Shown piece by piece: positions 8,630 through 18,692 of a stretch of DNA of 64,000 bases. How positions within the stretch are numbered: the first letter of the stretch is position 1; each line of letters opens with the position of its first letter. The notes beneath the pieces are model-generated. The model worked only from the letters and a program-made list of their open reading frames with translations. It made no database searches and was not told the DNA's origin. A program made the position numbers and the translations under genes. Location of the stretch: contig CAWGHO010000002.1 in the NCBI GenBank assembly GCA_963822445.1, positions 672,001 through 736,000 on the forward strand, written 5' to 3'. This stretch comes from an uncultured Acidobacteriota bacterium (lineage in GTDB: Bacteria; Acidobacteriota; Thermoanaerobaculia; Gp7-AA8).

Positions 8630-11032
8630 ATGTCACTTCCGTCCGGCACACGGCTGGGGCCGTACGAGATCCTCACGCCGATCGGCTCCGGCGGAATGGG
8701 TGACGTCTACCGCGCCCGCGACACGCGCCTCGATCGCGACGTCGCTGTCAAAGTCCTGCCCGAGCGTTTCGTGCGCGACGCCGAAGCCCGGGCGCGGTTC
8801 GAGCGGGAGGCCAAGGCCGTCGCCGCGCTCAGCCATCCGAACATCCTCGCCATTCACGACTACGGCTCCACCGACGACGCCGCGTACAGCGTCACCGAGC
8901 TCCTCGAAGGGCAGACTCTCCGCCAGCGCCTGCACGAGGGACCGCTGCCGTGGCGCAAGACGGTGGAGATCGCCGCGGCGCTCGCGGACGGACTCGCCGT
9001 CGCGCACGCGAAGGGCATCATTCATCGCGATCTCAAGCCGGAGAACATCTTCCTCACCGACGACGGCCGCCTGAAGATCCTCGACTTCGGCATCGCCCAG
9101 CTCAAGCGGATCGAGCCCTCCAGCCCCGACATCGACGTCTCCACGATTCCCACCGCGCCGCTGAAAACCGATCCCGGCGCGGTCATGGGAACGGCGGGGT
9201 ACATGGCGCCGGAGCAGCTGCGCGGCGAAGAGGTCGACGCCACGACCGACATCTTCGCCCTCGGCTCGGTCCTCTACGAGATGGCCACGGGAAAGCCCGC
9301 GTTCATCCGCGCCACGGTCATCGATTCGCTCTCGGCGATCCTCACCGATACGCCGGACGTCTTCACCGTCTCCGAGCGGATGATCCCCTTCGAGCTGGCC
9401 CGCGTGATCCAGCGCTGTCTCGAGAAAAATCGCGCGGAGCGGTTTCAATCCGCGCGCGATCTCTCGTTCGCACTGCGCGCGATCGGAACGTCGACCAGCC
9501 TGAGCTTCGAGTTGCCGCAACGCGAGCGGAGACGGCGGATGGTGATGTGGGCCATCGGCATCGCCGCCGCGGCCATCCTCACCATCGCTTCATTCGTCGT
9601 GCTCCGCGACGATTTCGGCGTGCAGTCGCCGATCCGGCGAACCGAGGCGCGGCCGATCCGGGCGATCGCCATCCTCCCGTTCGTGAACGCCACCGGCGAT
9701 CGCGAGGCCGAGTATCTGTCCGACGGCGTGACCGAGACGCTGATCAACACACTCGCCCAGGTGCCGGGCGTCAGGGTCATGTCCCGGACTTCAGTCTTTC
9801 ATTACAAAGGCGCTCCCGCCGATCCGAAGCGCGTCGGCCGCGAGCTTCGCGTCAACCTGGTGGTCGTCGGGCGGATCGAGGAAGTCGGCGGCCGGCTGGT
9901 GGTGAGCGCAGAGCTGATCGACGCGAACGACGCCTCGCTGATCTGGGGCAATCGCTACGAGATCGCCCGCGCCGACCTGTTCCCGGTCCAGCAATCCATC
10001 GCCTCGGAGATCGCACGCACGCTGCGCCTGCAGCTCGGCGGCCGCGAGCAGCAACTGCTTTCCAAGCGACACACGAGCGATCCCCGCGCGTTCGAGCTGT
10101 ACCTGAAAGGCCGCTTCCAGTGGAACAAGCGCAACGCCGAGGGGCTGTACAGGGCGATCGAGTTCTTCAATCAGGCGATCGAGATCGATCCGCAGTACGC
10201 GCTCGCGTATGCCGGACTGGCCGACGTCTACAACCTGCTGGACATCTGGGCCGGCCTACCGACGAAGGAAACCTTCCCGCGCGCGAAGGCCGCCGCGGAA
10301 AAGGCGTTGTCGATCGACGATGAACTGGCCGAGGCGCACACGTCGCTCGCGTACGCGATCCAGACTTACGAGTGGGATTGGAACGCCGCGGAGAAAGAGT
10401 ACAAACGCGCGCTCGAGCTCAACCCCAACTACGCGACCGCGCATCAGTGGTACGCGGAGTTCCTCACCGCTGTCGGCCGCTTCGATGAGGCCGAACGGGA
10501 AGGACGGAAGGCGTTGTCGCTCGATCCGATGTCGCCGATCATCAACGCCGTCGTGGCCTGGAATCGCACCATGGCCCGCCGCTACGACACGGCGATCGAG
10601 CAGGGCATCCGCGCGACGCAGCTCTTCCCCGACTTCATGGCCGCCCACGCATACCTCGGCCTCGCCTATCTCGAATCGGGCAAACCGCAGGACGCGCTCG
10701 TTTCGCTTCGGCGCGCGCGCGACCTTCTGGACATCGTCGTGATCGAGACCTGGCTCGCGCGTGCGGAGCTGGCCTCAGGCAATCGCGCAGCGGCGGAGAA
10801 GATCGCTCGCGATCTCGAGTCGCGCGGATCGCGCGAATATCTCCCGCCGTACTACATGGCCGTGCTGTACGCGCATCTCGGCGATCGCGATCGAGCGTTC
10901 GCGGAGATGAATCGCGCCGTGGCCGAGAGAACGGGCGCGATGGTGTGGGTCGGCGTCGACCCGGCGCTCGATCCGCTGCGCGGTGATCCGCGGTTTCGCG
11001 CCACTAGCGTTGATACGCGTACGAAACCTTGA
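8630..11032 (+). CDS. Ser/Thr protein kinase with TM segment, TolB-like domain and TPR repeats
   Basis: GSGGMGDVY, VAVK, HRDLKPEN, DFG and YMAPEQ; IAILPF...DGVTE; TPR C-terminus. Confidence 0.95.
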   Translation: MSLPSGTRLGPYEILTPIGSGGMGDVYRARDTRLDRDVAVKVLPERFVRDAEARARFEREAKAVAALSHPNILAIHDYGSTDDAAYSVTELLEGQTLRQRLHEGPLPWRKTVEIAAALADGLAVAHAKGIIHRDLKPENIFLTDDGRLKILDFGIAQLKRIEPSSPDIDVSTIPTAPLKTDPGAVMGTAGYMAPEQLRGEEVDATTDIFALGSVLYEMATGKPAFIRATVIDSLSAILTDTPDVFTVSERMIPFELARVIQRCLEKNRAERFQSARDLSFALRAIGTSTSLSFELPQRERRRRMVMWAIGIAAAAILTIASFVVLRDDFGVQSPIRRTEARPIRAIAILPFVNATGDREAEYLSDGVTETLINTLAQVPGVRVMSRTSVFHYKGAPADPKRVGRELRVNLVVVGRIEEVGGRLVVSAELIDANDASLIWGNRYEIARADLFPVQQSIASEIARTLRLQLGGREQQLLSKRHTSDPRAFELYLKGRFQWNKRNAEGLYRAIEFFNQAIEIDPQYALAYAGLADVYNLLDIWAGLPTKETFPRAKAAAEKALSIDDELAEAHTSLAYAIQTYEWDWNAAEKEYKRALELNPNYATAHQWYAEFLTAVGRFDEAEREGRKALSLDPMSPIINAVVAWNRTMARRYDTAIEQGIRATQLFPDFMAAHAYLGLAYLESGKPQDALVSLRRARDLLDIVVIETWLARAELASGNRAAAEKIARDLESRGSREYLPPYYMAVLYAHLGDRDRAFAEMNRAVAERTGAMVWVGVDPALDPLRGDPRFRATSVDTRTKP

Positions 11033-13229
11033 AGAACATCGACCGTCCCGTCGGCTCGAGATCATTCCCCGACGCCAGCGCTCGGTTGTCGCCGTAGCCG
11101 ACGAAGAGCACTGTCTGCCAGTTCAACTTGTAGCTATACAGGACGCTGCCGGAGAATGACCCGCCCTTGCCCGATCCGCTTTCGTTGGTGATGTAGGAGC
11201 CGATGACGCGCAGCAGCGATTTCGCCGAAAAGCTGTACTGCACGCGCAGCCGCTCGATCAGCGCGGTGTAAAGGCGGCTTCCGTCGATGTCGAGCGTTTC
11301 GCGGCTCGCGTCGATGCGCAGATCGAGACGATCGTGCGGACGGACCGTCGTGCCGAGAGAGATCGAATTGACGTCGCCGACCTGGCGGCTGCCGAAATCG
11401 ATCGACTCGCCGAAACGCCCCGAGAGCGTGACGCGCGGAATGCGCCGGAAGGGATCGAACTGCAGGAAATACTCGACGTACGACTGCTCGAACATCTCAC
11501 CGTCGAACAGCACCCTTTCCCTGGGATTCACGCCGAAGAAGAAGTTGGTGTTCTTCACGCCGACGCCTTCGACGCCGGCCGTTACGCTCTCGAACAGCGT
11601 GTTGTTGTCGCTGTCCACCTGCCGGACGACCGACACGCTCGGCCGCCAGAAACGGATCATTCCCTCGGGGTAGTAACGAAGTCCGCCGCCCGCCTGGACG
11701 TCGCGGTAGCCGGACTGGGTGACGAATCCGAGGTCGGCGCGGAACTCATCGCCGACGTCGCGGCCGCGGACGAACCAGTCGTAGCCGCGCTTCTGGTGCG
11801 ACCAGGCCAGACTCAGCGCATGGGACGTCTCGCTGTCGCCGGTGAATGTGCGATGCAGGTCGGGACGATTCGGATTCTGGGTATCGCTCAGCAGAAACTG
11901 CGCGGTCAATGTGTCGCTGTTGTTCGGGCGCCACTGGAAGTCGGGTCCGATCACGCGGTTATGACCGCCGTCGCTGATCTCGCGCGACGTGAGCACGGCG
12001 CCGACGAATCCCTTGCCGAGATCGTGGCGCACGCGGCCGATGGTCGAGTACGACTTGAAGTCGGCCACCGCGAATTCGTTCGCCTGCGCGCCGGGCAGGA
12101 TGATGCCGCCGCCGCCCTCATCTTCCGCGATGAGGAGCGTGTATGCCGTCGAACCGAACTGGCCCGTGCTGCGCAAGCCCGCGCGCGGATCGGCGATGTT
12201 GCGCGTGTAGGCGACGTTGAGCGGCGTGTCGAAGAGATCGAGCCCTTCGAGGAAGAACGGGCGTTTCTCGTCATAAAAAACGGCGAATCGTCGATTGACG
12301 GTGATCTGGGGAACATCCGCCTCGATCTGTGAGAAGTCGGGATTGAGCGTGAGATCGAGGGCGCTGTTCGCGCTCGGGTTCCACTTCACGTCCAGACCGG
12401 CGTCGCTCTCGAGGTCACCGGTTTGGAGAGACGCGCCGAGAGGATCGTTCGGGCGCAGCGCCGCGCTTTGCTGCGCGGTCACGTACGGCGCGACCACGAG
12501 ATTGCTGGAGTCGGGCAGACCGGTGATCCCCGTCAACGGATGCATGTTGCAGATCAGGCAATTGCCGCCGCGAGGAATCGGCGCGCTGTGGAAGCCGTAG
12601 CGGAACTCGCGCGGGAAATTGCGCCAGACCAGGATGTTCCACGTCTGCGGATCGGTCTTGTCGTAACGCAGGGAGGAGAACGGAATGCGGAACTCGCCGC
12701 TCCAGCCCTTGTCGTCGATCTTCGCCGCGGTGTCGTAATAGAAGTCGGGCGAGAAGTCCTCGTTGAAATTCGCGTCGTTGAAAATGCCGTCGGCCTGAAT
12801 GCCGCGCGGGTTGAGGCGAAGCTCGATCGCCGAACGCTTGTCGTTCCGAGTGTCGAGGAAGACCGCGAAGTTGTCGTCGGTGCCGATGACGCCGTCCCGA
12901 TCGACAAACGGAGCGCGGATGTTCCGCGGCTGCGGATCGTCCGCACGAACGCCGATGTAGAAGTAGCGGTCGTCGTAAGTGACATACGCGACCGTGCGCA
13001 CTTTCGGCTCGGTGTTGTCGCCGGGCGAGGTCTCGTAAAACCGGTCGATGACCGTCGCCTCCTGCCAGCCCGGGTCGGAGAGATCGCCGTCGAGCGTGAT
13101 CGGCGCGGAGGTCTTCTTCAACATCTGCGGTGCGGGAGGCGGAGGCGCCTGCGGTGCCGCGGGCTGCTGCGCGAAAGCGAACGTGGCGCACAACAACGAC
13201 ACCGGCACGACGAGACGGCGAAAACGCAT
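11004..13229 (-). CDS. CBM9-like / DUF5916 outer-membrane protein
   Basis: Signal peptide, ITLDGDLSDPGW, LTLNPDFSQIEAD and EKRPFFLEG; beta-barrel-like C-terminus FFKVSYAY. Confidence 0.8.
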   Translation of the reverse strand: MRFRRLVVPVSLLCATFAFAQQPAAPQAPPPPAPQMLKKTSAPITLDGDLSDPGWQEATVIDRFYETSPGDNTEPKVRTVAYVTYDDRYFYIGVRADDPQPRNIRAPFVDRDGVIGTDDNFAVFLDTRNDKRSAIELRLNPRGIQADGIFNDANFNEDFSPDFYYDTAAKIDDKGWSGEFRIPFSSLRYDKTDPQTWNILVWRNFPREFRYGFHSAPIPRGGNCLICNMHPLTGITGLPDSSNLVVAPYVTAQQSAALRPNDPLGASLQTGDLESDAGLDVKWNPSANSALDLTLNPDFSQIEADVPQITVNRRFAVFYDEKRPFFLEGLDLFDTPLNVAYTRNIADPRAGLRSTGQFGSTAYTLLIAEDEGGGGIILPGAQANEFAVADFKSYSTIGRVRHDLGKGFVGAVLTSREISDGGHNRVIGPDFQWRPNNSDTLTAQFLLSDTQNPNRPDLHRTFTGDSETSHALSLAWSHQKRGYDWFVRGRDVGDEFRADLGFVTQSGYRDVQAGGGLRYYPEGMIRFWRPSVSVVRQVDSDNNTLFESVTAGVEGVGVKNTNFFFGVNPRERVLFDGEMFEQSYVEYFLQFDPFRRIPRVTLSGRFGESIDFGSRQVGDVNSISLGTTVRPHDRLDLRIDASRETLDIDGSRLYTALIERLRVQYSFSAKSLLRVIGSYITNESGSGKGGSFSGSVLYSYKLNWQTVLFVGYGDNRALASGNDLEPTGRSMFFKVSYAYQR

Positions 13230-13309
13230 GCAGATCCTCCGTTTTGTACGAAGCACTACGTAGCGGCAGCGGCCCGGGTTGCAGGAGTGACGATCGGAAA
13301 CGGCCGCGG

Positions 13310-14245
13310 TTAGCTAACCACGGTCCGGAAATACTCAATCGTCCGCGTCAGCCCTTCCTCCAGCGGCACCTTCGGCTCCCAGCCCAGCAGGGCGCGGGCC
13401 TTGGTGATGTCCGGGCGGCGGATCTTGGGATCGTCCTCGGGCAGGGGCAGGAACTCGATCGGCGCGTTGCTGCCGGTCAGCCGTTTGATCTCTTGCGCGA
13501 ACTGCAGGACGGTCATCTCCGAGGGGTTGCCGATGTTCGTCGGATCGGAGTCTTCGGACATCAGCAGGCGGTAGATGCCTTCGACGAGATCGGAGACGTA
13601 GCAGAACGAGCGGGTCTGCGAGCCGTCGCCGAACACGGTCAGCGGCTCGTTGCGCAGCGCCTGCGAGATGAACGCCGGCACGACGCGGCCGTCGTTGACG
13701 CGCATCCGCTCGCCGTACGTGTTGAAGATGCGCACGATTCGCGTCTCGATCCCGTGAAAGCGGTGATAGGCCATGGTCATGGCCTCGGCGAAACGCTTGG
13801 CTTCGTCGTACACGCCGCGCGGGCCAACGGGGTTCACGTTGCCCCAGTAGTCCTCTCTCTGCGGGTGAATGAGCGGATCGCCGTAAACCTCGGACGTCGA
13901 CGCGATGAGGTATCGCGCTTTCTTGTCCTTCGCCACACCGAGGGTCTTGTGCGTGCCGAGCGAGCCGACCTTCAGCGTCTGGATCGGCTTTTCGAGATAG
14001 TCGATCGGGCTGGCCGGCGACGCGAAGTGCAGGACGTAATCGAGCGGACCGTCGATGTGGATGTAGGTCGTGACGTCCTGTTTGATGAACGTGAAGCCGT
14101 CCCGGCCGAAGAGATGCTTGATGTTGTCCGGCGAGCCGGTGATGAAGTTGTCCATGCAGACCACTTCATGTCCGCGCGAGAGGAACAGCTCGCAGAGGTG
14201 CGATCCGAGGAAGCCGGCCCCGCCGGTGATCAGCGCGCGGCCCAT
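13310..14245 (-). CDS. UDP-glucuronic acid decarboxylase family SDR
   Basis: [32 protein letters not shown] and RIFNTYG. Confidence 0.93.
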   Translation of the reverse strand: MGRALITGGAGFLGSHLCELFLSRGHEVVCMDNFITGSPDNIKHLFGRDGFTFIKQDVTTYIHIDGPLDYVLHFASPASPIDYLEKPIQTLKVGSLGTHKTLGVAKDKKARYLIASTSEVYGDPLIHPQREDYWGNVNPVGPRGVYDEAKRFAEAMTMAYHRFHGIETRIVRIFNTYGERMRVNDGRVVPAFISQALRNEPLTVFGDGSQTRSFCYVSDLVEGIYRLLMSEDSDPTNIGNPSEMTVLQFAQEIKRLTGSNAPIEFLPLPEDDPKIRRPDITKARALLGWEPKVPLEEGLTRTIEYFRTVVS

Positions 14246-15570
14246 CAGTTCTCTTTCGTCCTGACATCGTCGGCGCGGCCGACCGACGTGTAGGAGAAGC
14301 CGAGCGCGCGCATGCGATTGACGTCGTACACGTTCCGCAGGTCGACGAGAACCGGCGCGTTGAGAGCTTTCTTCACGCGATCGAAGTCGAGCGCGCGGAA
14401 GACGTTCCACTCCGTGGCCAGGACCAGCGCGTCGGAACCCTCCGCGGTGGCATAGGCGTCGTGGCAGTACTCGATGTCCTCGAAAAACTGCTTCGCGTTC
14501 TCCATGGCCTGCGGATCGTATGCTCGGATCCGCGCGCCGCGGGCCTGAAGTCCCTGGATGATCGGAATCGCCGGCGAGTCACGCATGTCGTCGGTCTCGG
14601 GCTTGAAGGCCAGGCCGAGAACGCCGATGGTCTTGCCTTTCACGCCGCCGTCGACAGCCTGGACGATCTTGTCGATCATGCGCATCTTCACGGCGTCGTT
14701 CACGCGCAGAACGGCTTCCATGATCTGAAACTCGTAGCCGTGGCGACGGGAGATCTCGGCCATGGCCGAGGTGTCTTTCGGGAAGCAGGAGCCGCCAAAG
14801 CCGGGGCCGGCCTGCAGGAACTTCGGACCGATGCGCGTGTCGAGGCCCATGCCGATGGCGACGTCGTGGACGTCCGCGCCGACCTTCTCGCAGACCACGG
14901 CGATCTCGTTGATGAAGGTGATCTTCGTCGCCAGAAACCCATTCGCGGCGTACTTGATGAGCTCCGACGACTCGACGTTGGTGACCACGAACGGGATCTC
15001 CAGCGAGTGGAGCGGCGCGTAGATCTCCTTCATCAGATCGGCCGACTCGGTATCGGAAGCGCCGATGACCACGCGGTCGGGCTTCATGAAGTCCTCGATG
15101 GCCGAGCCTTCGCGGAGGAACTCCGGATTGGAGACGATCGAAGCCTTATGACCGGTGTCGTGCGAGGCGATGATGCCTTCGATCATCCGGCCCGTGCCGA
15201 TGGGCACCGTCGACTTGGTGATGATCAGTTTCGGGCCGTTCATGTGCTCGGCGATGGAGTGGGCGACCTGCTCGACGAAGCGCAGATCGGCGGAGCCGTC
15301 CGCCTTGGGCGGCGTGCCGACGGCGATGAAGATCGCCCTCGCGCCGCTGATGGCTTCATTCAGGTCGGTGGTGAAGCGGAGACGCCCTTCCTTGACGTTT
15401 TTGCTGACCAGGTGATCGAGGCCCGGCTCGTAGATCGGAATCTGCCCATTCTGCAGGGCGTCGATTTTCTTGACATCGACGTCGACGCAAACCACGTCGT
15501 TGCCGAAGTCGGCCAGCCCGGCGCCGGTCACGAGGCCGACATATCCGGTGCCGATGACAGCGATATCCAC
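14245..15570 (-). CDS. ugd: UDP-glucose 6-dehydrogenase
   Basis: [25 protein letters not shown] and FKPETDDMR. Confidence 0.95.
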   Translation of the reverse strand: MDIAVIGTGYVGLVTGAGLADFGNDVVCVDVDVKKIDALQNGQIPIYEPGLDHLVSKNVKEGRLRFTTDLNEAISGARAIFIAVGTPPKADGSADLRFVEQVAHSIAEHMNGPKLIITKSTVPIGTGRMIEGIIASHDTGHKASIVSNPEFLREGSAIEDFMKPDRVVIGASDTESADLMKEIYAPLHSLEIPFVVTNVESSELIKYAANGFLATKITFINEIAVVCEKVGADVHDVAIGMGLDTRIGPKFLQAGPGFGGSCFPKDTSAMAEISRRHGYEFQIMEAVLRVNDAVKMRMIDKIVQAVDGGVKGKTIGVLGLAFKPETDDMRDSPAIPIIQGLQARGARIRAYDPQAMENAKQFFEDIEYCHDAYATAEGSDALVLATEWNVFRALDFDRVKKALNAPVLVDLRNVYDVNRMRALGFSYTSVGRADDVRTKEN

Positions 15571-15615
15571 TTAGAGATCCTCCGGGCGCAAAACGCGGCG
15601 CGCATCGTACCTTGA

Positions 15616-15702
15616 GACAGCGGGCAGCGGGCAGTGGACAGCGGGCAGGAGAACCGTGGCGGGAGGCGGTCCTGCCCACTGCCCACTGCCCACTGCCTAC
15701 TG
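15616..15702. repeat. Inverted tandem 7-mer array (GGCAGCG/GGCAGTG vs CACTGCC)
   Basis: gacagcgggcagcgggcagtggacagcgggcagg ... cctgcccactgcccactgcccactgcctactg; overlaps the mlaD stop codon. Confidence 0.85.
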
Positions 15703-16998
15703 ATTCGGTGGCGGCGGCTCCGTCGTCGTCGTGTCCGTTTTCGGCGGGGGCGGAGTCGCGACGGTTTCCGTGATGGTGATGGAGACCGGCTCCTGGGCCC
15801 GCGGCATGGTCTCGGCCGGAGGCAACGGCGTGATGGCCGGCGCCTTCTGGGACTCGTCGTACCGCTTCTCGATTCCGGCCTGCTGCCGGTTGCGGATCAG
15901 CCAGCGCAGGAGCTTCGATTCGTTGATGCCGATCAGGATGTCGTTGACCGATTCGTAGAGCGACGGGTCGGAGATCAGCTTGCCCGCCGTCCCTTCGCCG
16001 TTGTTGATCTTGGCAACGGCTTCGTTGAGCTGCTTCGAAAGAAGGGCGAATTCGGCGAGGGCCTGATCGCCGTAAGCCTTGTCGTTCAGCAGCCGCGGCA
16101 ACAATCCCTGCCCGGTCTGCACGGAATCCATGAACGACGACAGGTTCGTCGACGTGACCCGCAGGTTCTCCACGATCTCGTAAACGCGGCGCTTGCCCTC
16201 GGGATCGTTCAGCAGCGCGGGGAGCATGCCGTCGTTCGTCTCGAAACCGCGCTGCACGCTGGCGGCGACGGTCTGCATCGACTGCGCGGCGCTGCCGATC
16301 GAGGCCGTGAGCTGCTCGCCGTACTTGTCGTCGTAAATCAGCTTGCCGACCACACCCTTGCCGCTCTCGATGTGCGCGAGGGCAGCGTTGGTCTTGTTGA
16401 GCGTGGTCAGGAACGTGTCCGTGAGGCGCTGCTTCGTTTCCGGCGCGGTGGTGATCTCGCCGAGGAGACCTTCGCCACGGTCGACGCGCTGGAGGATGTT
16501 CTTCAGCGAATACGAAATCTGCACGAGGTTGTCGACGAGGTCCTCACCCGAGGAGATGATCGATTCGACGTCGGTCTGCCGTTGCGAGGGAATCACGGAG
16601 CCGGGATCGAGCTCGGGAAACCGGAGCGTTCCCGGACTCACGTCGAGATACGCGTCGCCGGTGAGCAGGCCGAGCTTCTTCATGCGCACGCGCGAGTCGC
16701 CGCGCACGCGCTCGGAAAACTTGCGATCGATCATGACCACGATCTCGACGCTCTTCTGCTTCGGGTCGACGGGCAGCTTGATCTCGCGGATCACGCCGAT
16801 GGTCACGCCCGACATCTTCACCGGGTTCCCCTCGGCCAGACCGGTCACGTTCTCCAGCCGCACGTCGTACTCGTTCTTGCGGGCGAAGATCTTCTGTTCC
16901 GATCCGATGAAGAACAAGAACACCATCAGGAGGAACAGCGCGATGGTCACGAACAGACCGACGCGGGTATTTTTGTGTGTCGATGTCTTGGTGGGCAT
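15697..16998 (-). CDS. mlaD: MlaD/MCE family protein
   Basis: N-terminal TM, GLAEGNPVKMSGVTIG (MCE domain), helical repeats. Confidence 0.85.
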   Translation of the reverse strand: MPTKTSTHKNTRVGLFVTIALFLLMVFLFFIGSEQKIFARKNEYDVRLENVTGLAEGNPVKMSGVTIGVIREIKLPVDPKQKSVEIVVMIDRKFSERVRGDSRVRMKKLGLLTGDAYLDVSPGTLRFPELDPGSVIPSQRQTDVESIISSGEDLVDNLVQISYSLKNILQRVDRGEGLLGEITTAPETKQRLTDTFLTTLNKTNAALAHIESGKGVVGKLIYDDKYGEQLTASIGSAAQSMQTVAASVQRGFETNDGMLPALLNDPEGKRRVYEIVENLRVTSTNLSSFMDSVQTGQGLLPRLLNDKAYGDQALAEFALLSKQLNEAVAKINNGEGTAGKLISDPSLYESVNDILIGINESKLLRWLIRNRQQAGIEKRYDESQKAPAITPLPPAETMPRAQEPVSITITETVATPPPPKTDTTTTEPPPPNQ

Positions 16999-16999
16999 A

Positions 17000-17833
17000 T
17001 CAGGATTTCTTCGACGGCTGAGCCGCCACAACCGCGCTGGCTTTCAAAAATTCGCGCAGCTTCGGATGATCGGAGTCCCGGGCGTCGTCCATGGTACCGA
17101 TCCATTCGAACACGCCCTGGTTGAGAAAGGCGACACGGTCGCCGACGGAAAACGCGGAGTGGATGTCGTGGGTGACCACGACCGAGGTGACGTTGAGCTT
17201 GGCCTGGAGATCGACGATCAGCTCGTTGATGGTCTGCGCGGTAATCGGATCGAGGCCGGTCGTCGGCTCGTCGTAGAGGATCACTTTCGGGTCGAGCACG
17301 ATCGAGCGCGCCAGACCGACGCGCTTGCGCATGCCGCCCGAGAGGTCGACCGGCATCAGATGCTCGGTGTGCGGCAGGTTCACCAGCTCCAGCTTTTCGC
17401 GCACGGCTCGGGCGATCTCTTCATCGCTCATTTCCGTGTGCTCGCGCAGGGGAAAAGCGATGTTCTCGAAGACGTTCATCGAATCGAAGAGCGCGGCGCT
17501 CTGGAACAGCATCCCGAACTTCTTCCGGACCCGGTACAGCTCTTCTTCCGGAAGATCGGTGATGTCCTCTTCCTCGACGATCACCCGGCCGCGATCCGGC
17601 GCCTCGAGGCCGAGCATGTGCCGGAGCGTGACCGACTTGCCCGTGCCCGACCCGCCCATGATGACCACCACTTCGCCGCGATACACCTTGACGCTCGCCC
17701 CGCGCAGAACCTGCTTGGCGCCGTAGGCCTTGTGCACGTCGACGAACTCGACGAACGGATCGCGCGGCTGGCGGCGCCGGTCGGTCGTGCCCCGCTCCAG
17801 CGCACGGCGGTCGGTGATTGTTACGTCGGTCAT
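17000..17833 (-). CDS. mlaF: MlaF-type ABC transporter ATP-binding protein
   Basis: GGSGTGKS, FQSAALFDS, LSGGMRKR and DEPTTGLDP. Confidence 0.9.
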   Translation of the reverse strand: MTDVTITDRRALERGTTDRRRQPRDPFVEFVDVHKAYGAKQVLRGASVKVYRGEVVVIMGGSGTGKSVTLRHMLGLEAPDRGRVIVEEEDITDLPEEELYRVRKKFGMLFQSAALFDSMNVFENIAFPLREHTEMSDEEIARAVREKLELVNLPHTEHLMPVDLSGGMRKRVGLARSIVLDPKVILYDEPTTGLDPITAQTINELIVDLQAKLNVTSVVVTHDIHSAFSVGDRVAFLNQGVFEWIGTMDDARDSDHPKLREFLKASAVVAAQPSKKS

Positions 17834-18642
17834 CAGAAGAGGAGAAGGAAGAGCTTAGTGAGAAAGAAGTCCATGATCAAAACGGTGATCGCGCCGGTCA
17901 CGACGGTCATCGTGGTCGCGCGGCCCACGCCGTCCGCGCCGCCGGATGTCCGCAATCCGTTGTAGCAGGCGATCAGAGCGATCGAGAAGCCGAAGAAGAA
18001 GGTCTTGAAGATCCCCGAGGCCAGGTCGTTGTACTTCACGCTCTCGATGACGCTGCGCAGGTAGTAGTTCGCGCTGAGATTGAGGTTCGCGACGGCGATG
18101 AGCATGCCGCCGAGGATGCCCAGGGCCATGGAGATGATGGTCAACAGCGGAAACATGATCGTCGTGGCCAGCACCCGCGGCACGACGAGCTTGCGCACGG
18201 GATTCGTCGCAAGCGCGCGGAGCGCGTCGATCTGCTCGGTCACTTTCATCGTGCCGATCTCCGCGGTCATGCCCGCGCCGACGCGTCCGCCGACCATCAG
18301 CGACATGAGAACCGGCGCGAGCTCGCGAACGAGCGAAAGAGACACGATCGTGCCGACGAACATCTTTCCGCCGAAGTCCGACAGCGCGTATGCCGTCTGA
18401 AGCGCGAGCACCATCCCGATGAATGCCGAGGTGATGATGACGATCGACAGCGAGCGGACGCCGATCTGATCGAACTGGGCCATGAGCAGCGGCCGCTCGA
18501 TCGGCCCGCGACGCGCCTGCTGAACGGTCTGCACCGCAAGGTCGGCCAGCTCGCCGATCTGATTCATCGAGACCTCGAACTTCGCCCGAAGCCGGGTGAT
18601 CAGGCTCTCCTGCGGCGGCTGTTCGATGACGGATGCGGTCAT
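17833..18642 (-). CDS. mlaE: MlaE-type ABC transporter permease
   Basis: RELAPVL, AEIGTMKVTEQIDAL and GGADGVGRATT. Confidence 0.9.
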   Translation of the reverse strand: MTASVIEQPPQESLITRLRAKFEVSMNQIGELADLAVQTVQQARRGPIERPLLMAQFDQIGVRSLSIVIITSAFIGMVLALQTAYALSDFGGKMFVGTIVSLSLVRELAPVLMSLMVGGRVGAGMTAEIGTMKVTEQIDALRALATNPVRKLVVPRVLATTIMFPLLTIISMALGILGGMLIAVANLNLSANYYLRSVIESVKYNDLASGIFKTFFFGFSIALIACYNGLRTSGGADGVGRATTMTVVTGAITVLIMDFFLTKLFLLLF

Positions 18643-18692
18643 GACGATTTGCTCATTGGCGGATGCGAAGTGTAACGGGCCCCTGCTGTTTT

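Noticed and set aside
16000-16500. Repeated G.G..GKLI.D units in MlaD
   Set aside because: Ordinary helical repeats of long MCE proteins
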